DNA of 64,000 nucleotides from Anaerolineales bacterium (GTDB lineage: Bacteria > Chloroflexota > Anaerolineae > Anaerolineales > UBA11579). Each line of letters starts with the position of its first letter. The first letter of the stretch is position 1. Positions 18,618 to 28,800 of this stretch are shown here, piece by piece. The notes beneath the pieces were generated by a model, which worked only from the letters and a program-made list of their open reading frames with translations, was not told the DNA's origin and made no database searches. The stretch covers positions 24,894-88,893 of the forward strand of contig JAGVCA010000019.1 of the NCBI GenBank assembly GCA_020059485.1, written 5' to 3'. The position numbers and the translations under genes are program-made.

Positions 18618-19619
18618 ATGCTCGAAACGCTCTACCAATCCAGTATTGACCTGACCTTGTGGTTGCAATCCCTGGGCGGCTGGTTGACGCCAGTGATGCA
18701 GTTGTTCACATTCTTTGGTAACGAGGAGTTTTATCTCTTCGTCATGCCGCTGTTCATCTGGGTGATCGACTACCGGCTTGGCTTCAGGCTGGGCGTGATG
18801 CTGCTCCTGACCTCCGGGATCAACAACCTGGCCAAGATGCTCTTCCGGATGCCGCGCCCGTACTGGGTCGAGCCCTCCCTGGGCGGGATCACCGAACCGG
18901 CCGGCGGCTATGGTTTGCCTTCAGGGCATGCCCAAAACTCGCTCTCCATCTTTGGCTTGCTGGCCGCGCAGGTCCGCCGCCGCTGGGTGACTGCCGTGGT
19001 GGTCTTCACCGTGTTGATGATCGGGTTGTCCCGCATCTATTTCGGCGAGCACTTCGCCCTGGACGTGGCTGCCGGCTGGATCCTGGCCGGGCTGGTGCTG
19101 GCGGTCTTCCTGGCGCTGGAGCCGCGAGTGACCGGCTGGTTTCACGACAGGTCTTTTGCCGCAAAGTCAGGCGCGTTGTTGGGGGTATCCCTGGTGATGA
19201 TCCTGCTGGCGGCCCTCGTGATCGCCATTCCCGCCGATTACCAGGTCCCGGCGGAGTGGGTGGCCAACGCCGCCCAGGCCTATCCGGAGACCCCGATCGA
19301 ACCCCTCAAGCTCAGCGACATGATCACCAGCGCGGCCACCTTGTTCGGCGTTGGTGTCGGCTATTTTTGGATCACCGGTAAGGGCGGTTTCCGCGCCGAT
19401 CAAGGACCCTGGTGGCAGCGGTTGGCTCGGTTCGTGATCGGCCTGGCCGGAGTGGCGCTGTTGTGGATCGGGCTGGGCGAAGTTTTCCCGGACGGCGAGC
19501 ACCTGCTCAGCTGGACGCTGCGCTTCATTCGCTATGGCCTGGTCGGGTTGTGGATCGCCGGGATCTCACCCTGGCTGTTCATCCGCTTCCGGCTTGGGGA
19601 GCGTATGACGGCCGGCTGA
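18618..19619 (+). CDS. PAP2-family membrane phosphatase with extra C-terminal TM segments
   Basis: 333 aa with the three PAP2 motifs: KMLFRMPRP, PSGH and SRIYFGEHFALD. Confidence 0.85.
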   Translation: MLETLYQSSIDLTLWLQSLGGWLTPVMQLFTFFGNEEFYLFVMPLFIWVIDYRLGFRLGVMLLLTSGINNLAKMLFRMPRPYWVEPSLGGITEPAGGYGLPSGHAQNSLSIFGLLAAQVRRRWVTAVVVFTVLMIGLSRIYFGEHFALDVAAGWILAGLVLAVFLALEPRVTGWFHDRSFAAKSGALLGVSLVMILLAALVIAIPADYQVPAEWVANAAQAYPETPIEPLKLSDMITSAATLFGVGVGYFWITGKGGFRADQGPWWQRLARFVIGLAGVALLWIGLGEVFPDGEHLLSWTLRFIRYGLVGLWIAGISPWLFIRFRLGERMTAG

Positions 19620-19787
19620 CTTCGAAACCACCGCCATGACCGTCCATCGATTCCATCAGACTTCCCTCACCCCGCGCTAAACCGATCAATCCATTAGTGC
19701 GAACGCCCCTCACCATTTTTCATGAAGAGGGACAGGCAATCGCATCGCGATTGGCGGGGTGAGGGATCTTTCCGCCTGTTTTACTTC

Positions 19788-21623
19788 CTACGCCATCCGC
19801 CAACGGCCCACCGGCCCATACCCAAACGGCTTTGCCGCCGCAGGTACCGCCAGGTCATGACTGACCACCGGCCCGACTCTGCCGACATCCTCCTCCACCA
19901 TCTCGGAGTCCCACGCCAACCCGCCTTGCTCCCCTTCCTGATCAGACCCGCCCCCCCCCTTGCTGGTATAACCATATATCGAAGTCTGGGTCCGGCTGAG
20001 CAGGATATCATTCAGTTCGATCGTGGCCTGATTGGCAGCCGCATCGGTCACCACCGCCCGCAGGTTGATGCTCTGCTGGGAGATGCCCACCGTCTGCCAG
20101 AATACCGACCAGCCGTCCGCACTGCTGTTATCGGTCCCCAGCACATGCCATGAGCCACTGTAGAACGCCTGGAACTGCACCGACTGGATACTGCCGGCGG
20201 TCGAACTGGCCGTCACGCTAAGCGTATCGCGCGGGATCATCACCTGACCGCCTGCTGCAGGGGTGAGAAAACTGCCCGAGACCGGGCTGACAACCGCGCC
20301 GCGGTAATTGGCCACATTGTAGGCGGTCTCGTTAAGGGTCCGGGCATTGTTAGCAAGCGTCAGCCCGGTTGGATAGCCGTTGTAGGTCAGGTTCGGGTTC
20401 GACCAGCGGTTGATGCGGGAACAATTGATGCACCCGGCGGAATATGCCATTACGGTATAGAACTCGTAATCCAACTGGTACCCATAGGAATAACTATCCC
20501 AGCAATACGGCCTTGTGTCCGGATGGGTGTTATCGTAATCATGGCAGGCGCCCATATTGTGGCCCATCTCGTGCTGGGTGGTGTATGAACTGGAACCGGA
20601 GCAGTTGCGGTGCACAATCGAAAAACCGTACTCAGTCGCCCAGTCATCTCCCGCAAGGAATCCCAGCCCGCAGTAAATGTATGGCAGGTCGGTGATCATG
20701 AATACCAGGTCTGCCCCGTACAGGTCGCGGTACGCCCGGGCATCAGCCAGATAGTTAGCCCCCGCCGGATCGCTGCCATAACTGCCATCCTGTAACCGGT
20801 ACAGCGCATATTGCCAGCGTGAGGTTTCCTGGGTCAGTCCGCTGATGGTCGGGACACTGGCATACTCGTTATAACTGACCAGTTCCATCCCGACCAAACG
20901 GACGCGCTGGACCACTCCGCTGGCGCTGTACCCGGCGTTGGTGGACTCGATCGACTGCAGTATGCGGGTTTCGATTGCCCCCACGCCGCCCAGCTGATCC
21001 CGCGCGCCGGCAGTGTACACCGCCAGCACATCGATCGTCTCCCCCGTATCGGCCGCGGGCAGCGTCTGGTCTCCCGCAGAGAGGTCAAACGACTCGCCGC
21101 CCGCGTCCGGCGCAACTGCCGGCAGCGATTCCGGATACAACTCAGGATCGACCTCCGCCAGCGTGTGCCCCTGGCCGTGGTAGCGGACCTCGAAGCTGCG
21201 GTTCCCGATCTGCAGGTAGCCTTGCAGGATCCCCTCCCGCGAAACTATCACCATTTCACTGTACTCCGGACTGTCCACCACGCCGATCAGGCTGAGCGTG
21301 CCGTTCCCCAGGTCCCGGACGCTGGTCAGGTGGACAACAAAACTGGCATCATCGAAGAAGTTCAGGATGAACGCTGGTTGGCTGGCCTGCGAGCCGGAAC
21401 GCGCCAGCGCCTGGATCAGGCCGAAATCAACCGAAGCCTCCCGCGCCCGGATCACTTCCGGGGTCTGCGCTGCCGCGCTGCGGGGCTGCACCGCGCTCCC
21501 CTCCGAGAACAGGTCCGGCAGTTCCTCTTGCCTGGCCGGCGCACCGGCAGCCGGGGTGATAGACATCACCGACAACAAGATCAGCAAAATAAGTACAAAA
21601 AAAGTTCTGGATTTTCGATCCAT
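19788..21623 (-). CDS. Secreted metzincin-type zinc metalloprotease (reprolysin/M12B-like) with a C-terminal Ig-like region
   Basis: HEMGHNMGACHD (HExxHxxGxxHD). A signal peptide follows the internal ATG at 21623 (MDRKSRTFFVLILLILL). The ORF is open to 21695. Confidence 0.8.
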   Translation of the reverse strand: MDRKSRTFFVLILLILLSVMSITPAAGAPARQEELPDLFSEGSAVQPRSAAAQTPEVIRAREASVDFGLIQALARSGSQASQPAFILNFFDDASFVVHLTSVRDLGNGTLSLIGVVDSPEYSEMVIVSREGILQGYLQIGNRSFEVRYHGQGHTLAEVDPELYPESLPAVAPDAGGESFDLSAGDQTLPAADTGETIDVLAVYTAGARDQLGGVGAIETRILQSIESTNAGYSASGVVQRVRLVGMELVSYNEYASVPTISGLTQETSRWQYALYRLQDGSYGSDPAGANYLADARAYRDLYGADLVFMITDLPYIYCGLGFLAGDDWATEYGFSIVHRNCSGSSSYTTQHEMGHNMGACHDYDNTHPDTRPYCWDSYSYGYQLDYEFYTVMAYSAGCINCSRINRWSNPNLTYNGYPTGLTLANNARTLNETAYNVANYRGAVVSPVSGSFLTPAAGGQVMIPRDTLSVTASSTAGSIQSVQFQAFYSGSWHVLGTDNSSADGWSVFWQTVGISQQSINLRAVVTDAAANQATIELNDILLSRTQTSIYGYTSKGGGGSDQEGEQGGLAWDSEMVEEDVGRVGPVVSHDLAVPAAAKPFGYGPVGRWRMA

Positions 21624-21702
21624 TAACAGATTCCTGGATGCAGGCGCATGGTTGCCAAGGTTGAAAGTTGCCTCATCCTGTCCAATTATACCCACCCTGG
21701 GT

Positions 21703-21736
21703 TATAAAAGAAGCCCCCAGATGAATATGGGGGCTT
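21703..21736 (-). terminator. Intrinsic terminator downstream of the EF-G paralogue
   Basis: Minus strand: AAGCCCCCA/TGGGGGCTT hairpin followed by CTTTTAT. Confidence 0.6.
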
Positions 21737-21767
21737 ACAGTTCGTTTAGGTGCAGGAGCAGGAAAGA

Positions 21768-23834
21768 CTAATCTTCCTCCTTCTCCTTATCGCGGGCGGC
21801 CACAATTTCCTGCTGCAGATGCGCCGGGACCCGGTCGTAATGGTCCTCTTCCATCGTAAACACCCCGCGCCCGCCGGTCATCGACCGCAGGTCGGTCGTG
21901 TAGCGCATCATCTCGGAGAGCGGGACATGGGCATTGACAACCGAGCGGCCTTTTTCCGTATCCATCCCCTGGACGCGTGCTCGGCGGGTGTTCAGATCGC
22001 CCAGCACATCGCCCATATACTCCTCGGGGACCACGATCCGGACGAGCATGATCGGCTCGTTAAGCACTGCGCCGGCGGCTTGGACCGCTTTCTTGAAAGC
22101 CTCTCGGCCGGCGATCTCGAACGCCACCGGCTTGGAATCCACCGGGTGTTCCTTGCCGTCGGTCACAGCCACTCGAACATTGTTGACCGGGAACCCGGCG
22201 ATCACGCCTGTTTCCATCACACTGCGAACGCCTTTTTCGATCGCCGGCATATAGTTCTGGGAAACCGCCCCGCCGAACACCTCATTGACAAATTCAAAGT
22301 TGGCATCGGCCAGCGGTTCCACCCGCATGAAGACCTCGCCAAATTGACCCGCGCCGCCGGATTGTTTCTTATGGCGATGCTGGGCTTCCCCCGCCTTGGT
22401 GATCGTCTCACGGTATGGCACTTTGGGGAGATCAATGCTCAGGCCGGTCTGGAATTTCGATTCCGCCTTGCGAATGGCGACATCGATATGCTGATCGCCC
22501 ATCCCCTGCAGAATGCTCTGGCGGGTGGATGGCTCGTTGTACCAGGAGAGGGTCATATCCTCTTCACAGATCCGGGTCAGGGTCTGGCCCATCTTGCTGG
22601 CGTCAGCCTGGGTCTTGGGAGAAACAGCCACCCGGTACAGCGCGGTGGGGTACTCGCCCTGGGCAACGGTGATCTGGTTGGTTTTTTCCGCCAGGGTTTC
22701 ACCGGTGCCGGTCTCACCGAGCTTCAGCACGACGCCAATATCGCCGGCGTGCAGGTGCTTGATCGGGGTGTGTTCCTTGCCCATCGGGATGCTCAGGTTG
22801 CCCATCCGCTCTTCTTCATCCTTTTGGATATTCCACAACCGGGCATCGCTCTGCAGCACGCCGGAGAATAACTTCAGGTAGGTGATCTTGCCGACAAACG
22901 GGTCGGCGGTCGTCTTCCAGACATAGGCTGCGATCGGGCCGCTGTCCATCGGCTTGAGTTCGATCTCGCCCTTGGGAGACTGTCCGGTTTCGGTCGGAGC
23001 GTCGGACGGAGAGGGCATCAGCGAGACCAGCAGGTCCATCAATTGGGTCAGGCCGACCTTGGTATCGATATCCGTGATCAGGACGGGGGCAAACTCGTTC
23101 TGCTGCAATACACTGCGCAAGCCTTTCTCGATCTCGGCCGAGGTCAGTTCGCCGCCTTCCAGATACTTGTTGAACAGTTCATCATCCCCTTCCGCTGCAG
23201 CCTCGACCAATTCAATCCGGGCTTCCTCAGCTGCGTCTGCCAGCTCAGCCGGGATATCGACCGGTGCCCCGCCGCCTTTGGGATACGCCTTCATGTCCAG
23301 CAGGTTGACCAATCCCTGGAAGTCCTCTTTCTCTCCCCACGGCAGATGCAGTTTGACCAGGCGGGGACCATCACCAATATTGTCCATTGAACGCAATGCC
23401 TGGTCAAAGTCGGCAGTATCGCGCAGCATCCGGTTGATGACGACGAACCGGGGGCGGTTGAATTGACCGGCATACGACCAGGCCAGTTCGGTGCCGACCT
23501 CAGCGCCGGAGACGGCATCCACCAGCACCACCGCACCCTCACACACGCGCATGGCCGAGATCACCTCACCGACAAAGTCCGGGTAACCGGGGGTATCGAG
23601 CACATTGATCTTGTGCTCCTTGTGTTCCAGCGGGATCACGGCCGTGGAGAGCGAAAGCTCGCGGCGATGTTCCTCTTCATCGAAGTCTGAGATGGTTGTG
23701 CCATCCGTGACCGAACCCATGCGGTTGATCACACCCTTTGCGACCAGGAGCGCCTCAACCAGGGTTGTCTTGCCCGCGCCGCTGTGAGAGACCAGGGCAA
23801 TGTTGCGGAGATTGTCTGTGGTGTATTCTTTCAT
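21768..23834 (-). CDS. Elongation factor G family protein (divergent paralogue, EF-G2-like)
   Basis: 688 aa with full five-domain EF-G length and DTPGYPDF (G3). G1 is SHSGAGKTT and G4 reads NRML instead of NKxD. Confidence 0.85.
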   Translation of the reverse strand: MKEYTTDNLRNIALVSHSGAGKTTLVEALLVAKGVINRMGSVTDGTTISDFDEEEHRRELSLSTAVIPLEHKEHKINVLDTPGYPDFVGEVISAMRVCEGAVVLVDAVSGAEVGTELAWSYAGQFNRPRFVVINRMLRDTADFDQALRSMDNIGDGPRLVKLHLPWGEKEDFQGLVNLLDMKAYPKGGGAPVDIPAELADAAEEARIELVEAAAEGDDELFNKYLEGGELTSAEIEKGLRSVLQQNEFAPVLITDIDTKVGLTQLMDLLVSLMPSPSDAPTETGQSPKGEIELKPMDSGPIAAYVWKTTADPFVGKITYLKLFSGVLQSDARLWNIQKDEEERMGNLSIPMGKEHTPIKHLHAGDIGVVLKLGETGTGETLAEKTNQITVAQGEYPTALYRVAVSPKTQADASKMGQTLTRICEEDMTLSWYNEPSTRQSILQGMGDQHIDVAIRKAESKFQTGLSIDLPKVPYRETITKAGEAQHRHKKQSGGAGQFGEVFMRVEPLADANFEFVNEVFGGAVSQNYMPAIEKGVRSVMETGVIAGFPVNNVRVAVTDGKEHPVDSKPVAFEIAGREAFKKAVQAAGAVLNEPIMLVRIVVPEEYMGDVLGDLNTRRARVQGMDTEKGRSVVNAHVPLSEMMRYTTDLRSMTGGRGVFTMEEDHYDRVPAHLQQEIVAARDKEKEED

Positions 23835-23899
23835 TGTGTGGGACCTTCCTTTTTGCCAGGATTTATAACTTCGCGAAAATTAGTACAATGCAGAACTGT

Positions 23900-23928
23900 A
23901 TTTTAATTGAAAGCCTGCCAATCGTCAA
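23900..23928 (-). promoter_or_regulatory. Sigma70-type promoter P1 for the EF-G paralogue
   Basis: Minus strand: TTGACG (23923-23928), 17 nt, TAAAAT (23900-23905). Confidence 0.6.
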
Positions 23929-23961
23929 AGCCTCGATTGCCCGACCGGCCAGCTGCATAAT

Positions 23962-23989
23962 ATTATAAGAGGAAAAAAGCGAATCTCAA
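23962..23989 (-). promoter_or_regulatory. Possible second promoter P2 upstream of the EF-G paralogue
   Basis: Minus strand: TTGAGA (23984-23989), 16 nt, TATAAT (23962-23967). It overlaps the AT palindrome ATAATATTAT. Confidence 0.45.
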
Positions 23990-24043
23990 AGGGGGATTGT
24001 GCTTGCCAGTCGTGCTGGCTTGTATCGAAGCAGCGGCCGGATT

Positions 24044-24084
24044 AAAAAAGGTAGGCTGCCAGCTTTCCCCTTCGGCTGGCAGCC
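24044..24084 (-). terminator. Orphan terminator-like hairpin
   Basis: 10-bp stem GGCTGCCAGC/GCTGGCAGCC with an 11-nt loop. On the minus strand it is followed by TACC and then TTTTTT. No minus-strand gene lies upstream of it. Confidence 0.4.
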
Positions 24085-24169
24085 CCGGAATGACTCTTTA
24101 TCGAACTTTGTCCCCGGAGCGGCCAAAATCTTACATCCCTGCCGCATCAATTCCCGGTTTCGGATGTTG

Positions 24170-24175
24170 TATAAT
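24170..24175 (+). promoter_or_regulatory. Possible -10 box (TATAAT) for the sigma-factor operon
   Basis: Perfect TATAAT 52 nt upstream of the ATG at 24228. No good -35 element. Confidence 0.3.
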
Positions 24176-24227
24176 GTGGAGACCACTTCCCCTAGGGGGG
24201 AGCACAAACTCCTGTCTGAGCGGTGTG

Positions 24228-24998
24228 ATGGAGAAATTGAAGGGCACAATACTCGAGAGCATTGAGGAATTCCTGGCCGAGATCAAAAACCAGGCCGCCC
24301 CTTCTGTCAACCTGCCGCAATTCAGACTGATGCTGGAGGCCAACCATGCCCGCGGCCGGATCCAGTTGTTTACCTCCGGTGACCCGGAAAGAGTGCGCGC
24401 CTACCTCACCACCATCCTGGCAAATTACATCCAGCATTCGAAGTATGTCTACCAGGTGCAGACGTCGAAGGAGGAGGCTGTTTGGCTGGAGCTGTATCGC
24501 AAGATCAATTTTTGGGCCTATTCCCTGCTGCTGCGGTACAACTGGACTCCCGGGGCAGGCACCAGTGAAACTGCCCAGGAACTGGCCCAACAGGCCGCCA
24601 TCGTCGTGATGACTGCCCACTTCCCTTACGATACCGAATTTGATTCCTGGGCCCGGGTGATCACCAGCAACGTGGTCATGAAGTTCTTTCGGAAAGGCAA
24701 AAATCCTGCCAATCCGTCTAACACCAGCGATCTCGATGAGCTTGCCCCCCGATTGGTGGATCCCGATGGTCAGGATGAGGAGGAGCTTTCCGGACTGCGG
24801 ATGGACTTGCTGGATGCCATCGAACAGCTCAGCGATAACCGCCGCGAGGTGATCATGCTGACCTATTTTTCAGGGCTGAATGGCAGCCAGATCGCCAATA
24901 AAATGGATAAATCCGAAGGCGCGGTCTATGCACTGCGCCACCACGCCCTTGCGGAATTAAGTAAGATTTTGGGTACCTACAGAGATAACTATGAATAA
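24228..24998 (+). CDS. Sigma-70 family (ECF-like) RNA polymerase sigma factor with an N-terminal extension
   Basis: Region 4.2 HTH is LSDNRREVIMLTYFSGLNGSQIANKMDKSEGAVYALRHHALAEL. A region 2-like segment is FDSWARVITSNVVMKFFRK. The ORF is open from 23997, but the upstream part is Cys/Pro-rich junk and contains the TATAAT box. Confidence 0.8.
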   Translation: MEKLKGTILESIEEFLAEIKNQAAPSVNLPQFRLMLEANHARGRIQLFTSGDPERVRAYLTTILANYIQHSKYVYQVQTSKEEAVWLELYRKINFWAYSLLLRYNWTPGAGTSETAQELAQQAAIVVMTAHFPYDTEFDSWARVITSNVVMKFFRKGKNPANPSNTSDLDELAPRLVDPDGQDEEELSGLRMDLLDAIEQLSDNRREVIMLTYFSGLNGSQIANKMDKSEGAVYALRHHALAELSKILGTYRDNYE

Positions 24999-25806
24999 GA
25001 ACTCTAATCAAAAGAATCCATCTGGCCCGGGCAGTGGGGATATGAATGAACTTCGCCGAACAATATCGAGGTCAAAAACATTGCAGCAAGCCGCAGATGC
25101 ATTGCTGCGGGACATTGCCCGGACGATGGGCAGTCTGAAGGGAGATGAAATGCTCTCCGCTATGATCGATCAGGTCCGTCAGGGCGCTGATCTGGAAAAG
25201 GACTTCCCGGCGTTCCATCAATTACTGGAAAGCGAATCCGAACTCAAGCGCGCCTTTGAAGAACTCCTGGCTCAGTTCGAGGCCGACGACCCACCCTTGC
25301 CCGGCTTTGTCCCACCCACCCAGGCTGATCTGGGTTTCCTGCGGCACAGCCAGCAGGTCGAACCGGCTGCCGGTAGGTCTGTCACCGAATGGAGGATCAT
25401 TCTCCAACGCGGCCTGGAAGAATTACAGCAACTATTCTCACCGCCATCCCTGGCCTACCGGGATGCGCTTTCAGGTCTCGAGGAGCGTTGGTTCACCTTG
25501 CTGCGCGACGAGGTCAGCATCGATGAAGCCCGCCTTGCCATCGTCCTGGATGCCAGCATCTCCGAGCAGACCGCTGAAAGCCTGGAACTACTCCTCCAGA
25601 TCGCGGTTATCAGCATTGATCCGGATACTGAATTACCCGGTGAATTATCCGCCGGGTTATCCTGGGGCGGCTACCAGCACACCCTGCCCGTCCGGGTCAA
25701 CAGGCAGAACAAACTGCCCGCGGCCGCCTTCTCTCAGGTGCTGACCCCGAACTACGAGAGTATCGCCGCCGGCCTGACCCTGACCCTTTCGCCGCCAGAC
25801 GCCTGA
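24991..25806 (+). CDS. Hypothetical soluble protein (candidate sigma-factor partner)
   Basis: 271 aa, acidic, no TM segment. The start overlaps the sigma stop by 8 nt (ATGAATAA). The stop lies 4 nt before the CHAT gene. Confidence 0.65.
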   Translation: MNKNSNQKNPSGPGSGDMNELRRTISRSKTLQQAADALLRDIARTMGSLKGDEMLSAMIDQVRQGADLEKDFPAFHQLLESESELKRAFEELLAQFEADDPPLPGFVPPTQADLGFLRHSQQVEPAAGRSVTEWRIILQRGLEELQQLFSPPSLAYRDALSGLEERWFTLLRDEVSIDEARLAIVLDASISEQTAESLELLLQIAVISIDPDTELPGELSAGLSWGGYQHTLPVRVNRQNKLPAAAFSQVLTPNYESIAAGLTLTLSPPDA

Positions 25807-25810
25807 TCGT

Positions 25811-28800
25811 ATGGACCGCCAGACCCTGTTGGACGCGCTGACCCGCATCGGACAACACCAACCAGGGGGACATGACGATGCCAGTCTTTTCCGGGACCTG
25901 CCTGGGCTGTCTACCCAGGTGCCCGACCTGTTTGCCGAAATCCAAAACCTCAGCCTTTCCCATCCCCAGTCCGCGCTGTCTGCCGCGCTCGGGCTGGAAG
26001 CCGCCCTGCGGTCTCTACAAGCCTTGCCGCTTCTCCAGGGCCAATCTGCCTGGTTGGCTGGCTGGGCGGCCAACTACTACGCCGATACCCTTACCGCCCA
26101 GGCCGCCCTCGACCGGGCTGAAGCGGTCTTCCACCGGCTCGATTCGGTGGAAGGCTGGCTGGCGGCCGTCGCCTGGCAGCGCAATGCCCTTCCCTGGACC
26201 CGGCCAGATTTCAATCAGGCTGCGTCCGAACTGCAGGCAGCCCTGGCCGGTTTGGAGCGCACTGGGATGGCCCAGTTCATCTTGCCTTGCCGGCTCGCTT
26301 TGATCGACGCGCTGCTGCGGATCAAAGCCCTGGTGCCAGCCCAGGAGCAGCTTGAGACCGCCCGGCGCGAAGCCCAGGATCCGCTCGAGAAAAGCCGCCT
26401 TCGCCTGCTCACCGCCAGCCTGCACCGCCGCCAAATGAAACCAGACCTGGCCCTCGCCAGCCTGGACGGACTGGCGGAAGATCTTCGTCAACGTTCCGCA
26501 CCGGTCGAGGCTGCCCAGGTCGAGTATCAGTCCGGGATGACCTGGTTCCTGATGGGTTCCGATTATGCCACCGCCACCCGCTGCTTTGAACTGGCTCTGG
26601 AGAGCTTTGTTCAGCACAGGATCGAACTGTGGGAAGCGGCCTGCTGCAGTATGCTCGGCCAGATCGAACTGATCCTCGGCAATCCCGGCCTGTCAGAAGA
26701 GTGGTTCGCCCGCGCCCGGCCGATCTACGGCCGCTACGGTGTGCTTGGGATGCAAGCCGACACTTACAACGATTCTGGCCAGCTCGCCATTCGCACTGGC
26801 GACCCCCACCGCGCCATCGAGCTGTTCACCGCCGCCAATAATCTGTACCGCCAGTTGGGGCTGCACCTATCGATGGTCACAGCCGAAACCAACCTCGCGG
26901 ATGCCTTAGCCCGGCTGGGCCGCTTCCAGGAGGCGTTGCAGATCCTGGAAAAGGCCGCTGAAGTGCTCAAGTCCTACGACAGCCCTTTCAGGCTGGCCAC
27001 GGTCGAATACTATCAGGGCTTGATCTGGTTGTCGCTCCACCAGCCCGAAACGGCGCTGGACCACTTCAAAACTGCCGAAGCGCTCCATTTCGAGGTTGAA
27101 CAACCGGAATGGGCCGCCTGGCTCCGGGTAAAACAGGCCGAGGTGCTGATCGCCACCGGTGAACTGGACGAAGCCTCACAATTGCTGGATCAGGCAGCCG
27201 AGGTCTTCAGCGACAAACCCCGGCGCGGGCTGGTGCACAGATTGCATGCGGTGACCGCGCTCAAACAGGGTAACCCTGTCGCCGCAGCCCGGTCTAATCA
27301 TCTGGCGGCAGATCTGTTTTCCGCTGCTGGACTGGAATTCGAACTGGCCGCCAGTAAGCTAGTTGGCGGCCAGATCCATCTGCAAGCCGGAGAAACCTAC
27401 CAGGCCCGGATCTGCTACCAGCAAGCCCTGGAGATCAACCACGAACTGATCCCTGAGATCAGCTGGCAGGCTCGCACCGGTCTGGGTGAATGTGCACAGG
27501 CAGACGGGGATCCGGCCACGGCTTTTGTCCATTACCGCACAGCCTGCCAGACCCTCTACCAGACCCGGCAAAGCCTGTATCAACCCGCCCTGTCCGCCAG
27601 CCTGGTTTCGGCCAGCCTGGCATTGGTAGACCGGGCTGTGCGGCTCTCGTTACACCATGGCACACCGGCGGACAGCCTGGCGCTGATCGACGGCATCAAG
27701 GCTACCGCGCTCAACCGCCAGCTTGCTAACCCGCTGCGGCCAACCAAGGCAGGTTCCGAACGTCTGGACGAGATGCGTCAGGAGATCAATTACCTGCAAG
27801 CCGAACTGCGGTCTGCTATCAGCGGGGCTGTCTGGGAAATGGGCCAGGCCGAGACCCTGGCATTGCGGCACAGGCTGCTGTCTGCCGCTGAGAGCTATGC
27901 CTGGGAATCGGACCGGGCGGCACGCCAGATACAGCCCGGCGCCGAATCCGCAGCTGCCTTCAACCTCGAAACCTTCCGCCGGCATGCCGGGCAAGCCTGC
28001 CCGCAAGGCTGGGCGGCGCTGGCCTATTATCTCTCTGACGATGACCTGATCCTCCTGGTCATTTCGCCGGACCGTTTTGAGGTCCGCCAGGTGCTGCTCT
28101 CACCTGTTGAGCGCTTGGCGCTGGATGCCTGTGTGCGGCGGACCGCCCAGGATTCTGACTTCGCCATCCTCGGCCGCACCCTGCTCCCGGAAGACCTGCT
28201 TGCCGGCCTGTCGCCGGAGAACACGCTGCTGATCTCGCCCCACGGCAGCCTGCACCACCTCCCCTGGGCCGCGTTGCAGGCTGGCCGCGCCAACAAACCT
28301 TTGGTGGCACGCTGTATCCCGTTGATCGTGCCCTCGCTGCACACATTCTTGCTCCTGTCTGACCGTCAGCTTGAGCCGGAGTGCAGAACAGGGCTGGCAG
28401 CCGGCATCAGCCAGCACCGCCGCTATCCCGCCCTGCCACAGGTGCAGGCAGAACTGAACCACCTGAAAGCCCGCCTCCCGGCCGGATCGGTCGTGCTGCT
28501 GGAAGAAAAAGCCGACTGGCCAGCGATCCAGGCTGCGGTTGGCAGCCGCCAATTCGGCTTGCTGCACCTGGCCACCCATATTTTGCACGACAGCCGCAGC
28601 GGGAGGTTGAGCCGGATAGCCCTGCTGGAGAACGATATCTGGCTGGACGAACTGGCCGGATTGTCGCCGCTGCCCGGCGTGGTGGTCCTCTCGGCTTGCA
28701 GCGGTATGCACAGCCTGGTGCTGGATGGAGACGAACAGGTCGGCTTTCCGGCCACCTGCCTGGCCTCCGGCGCCCGGACGGTGATCGGCAGCCAGCGTCC

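Noticed and set aside
23997-24227. N-terminal extensions offered by the ORF track. These affect the sigma factor from 23997, the GbsR regulator from 33259, the membrane protein to 16586, the kinase to 33132, the ABC ATPase from 49068 and the MFS genes from 54901 and 59759.
   Set aside because: The extensions contain promoters, terminators or upstream coding sequence, lack an SD and look non-protein-like. Internal starts with good SDs match the family N-termini.
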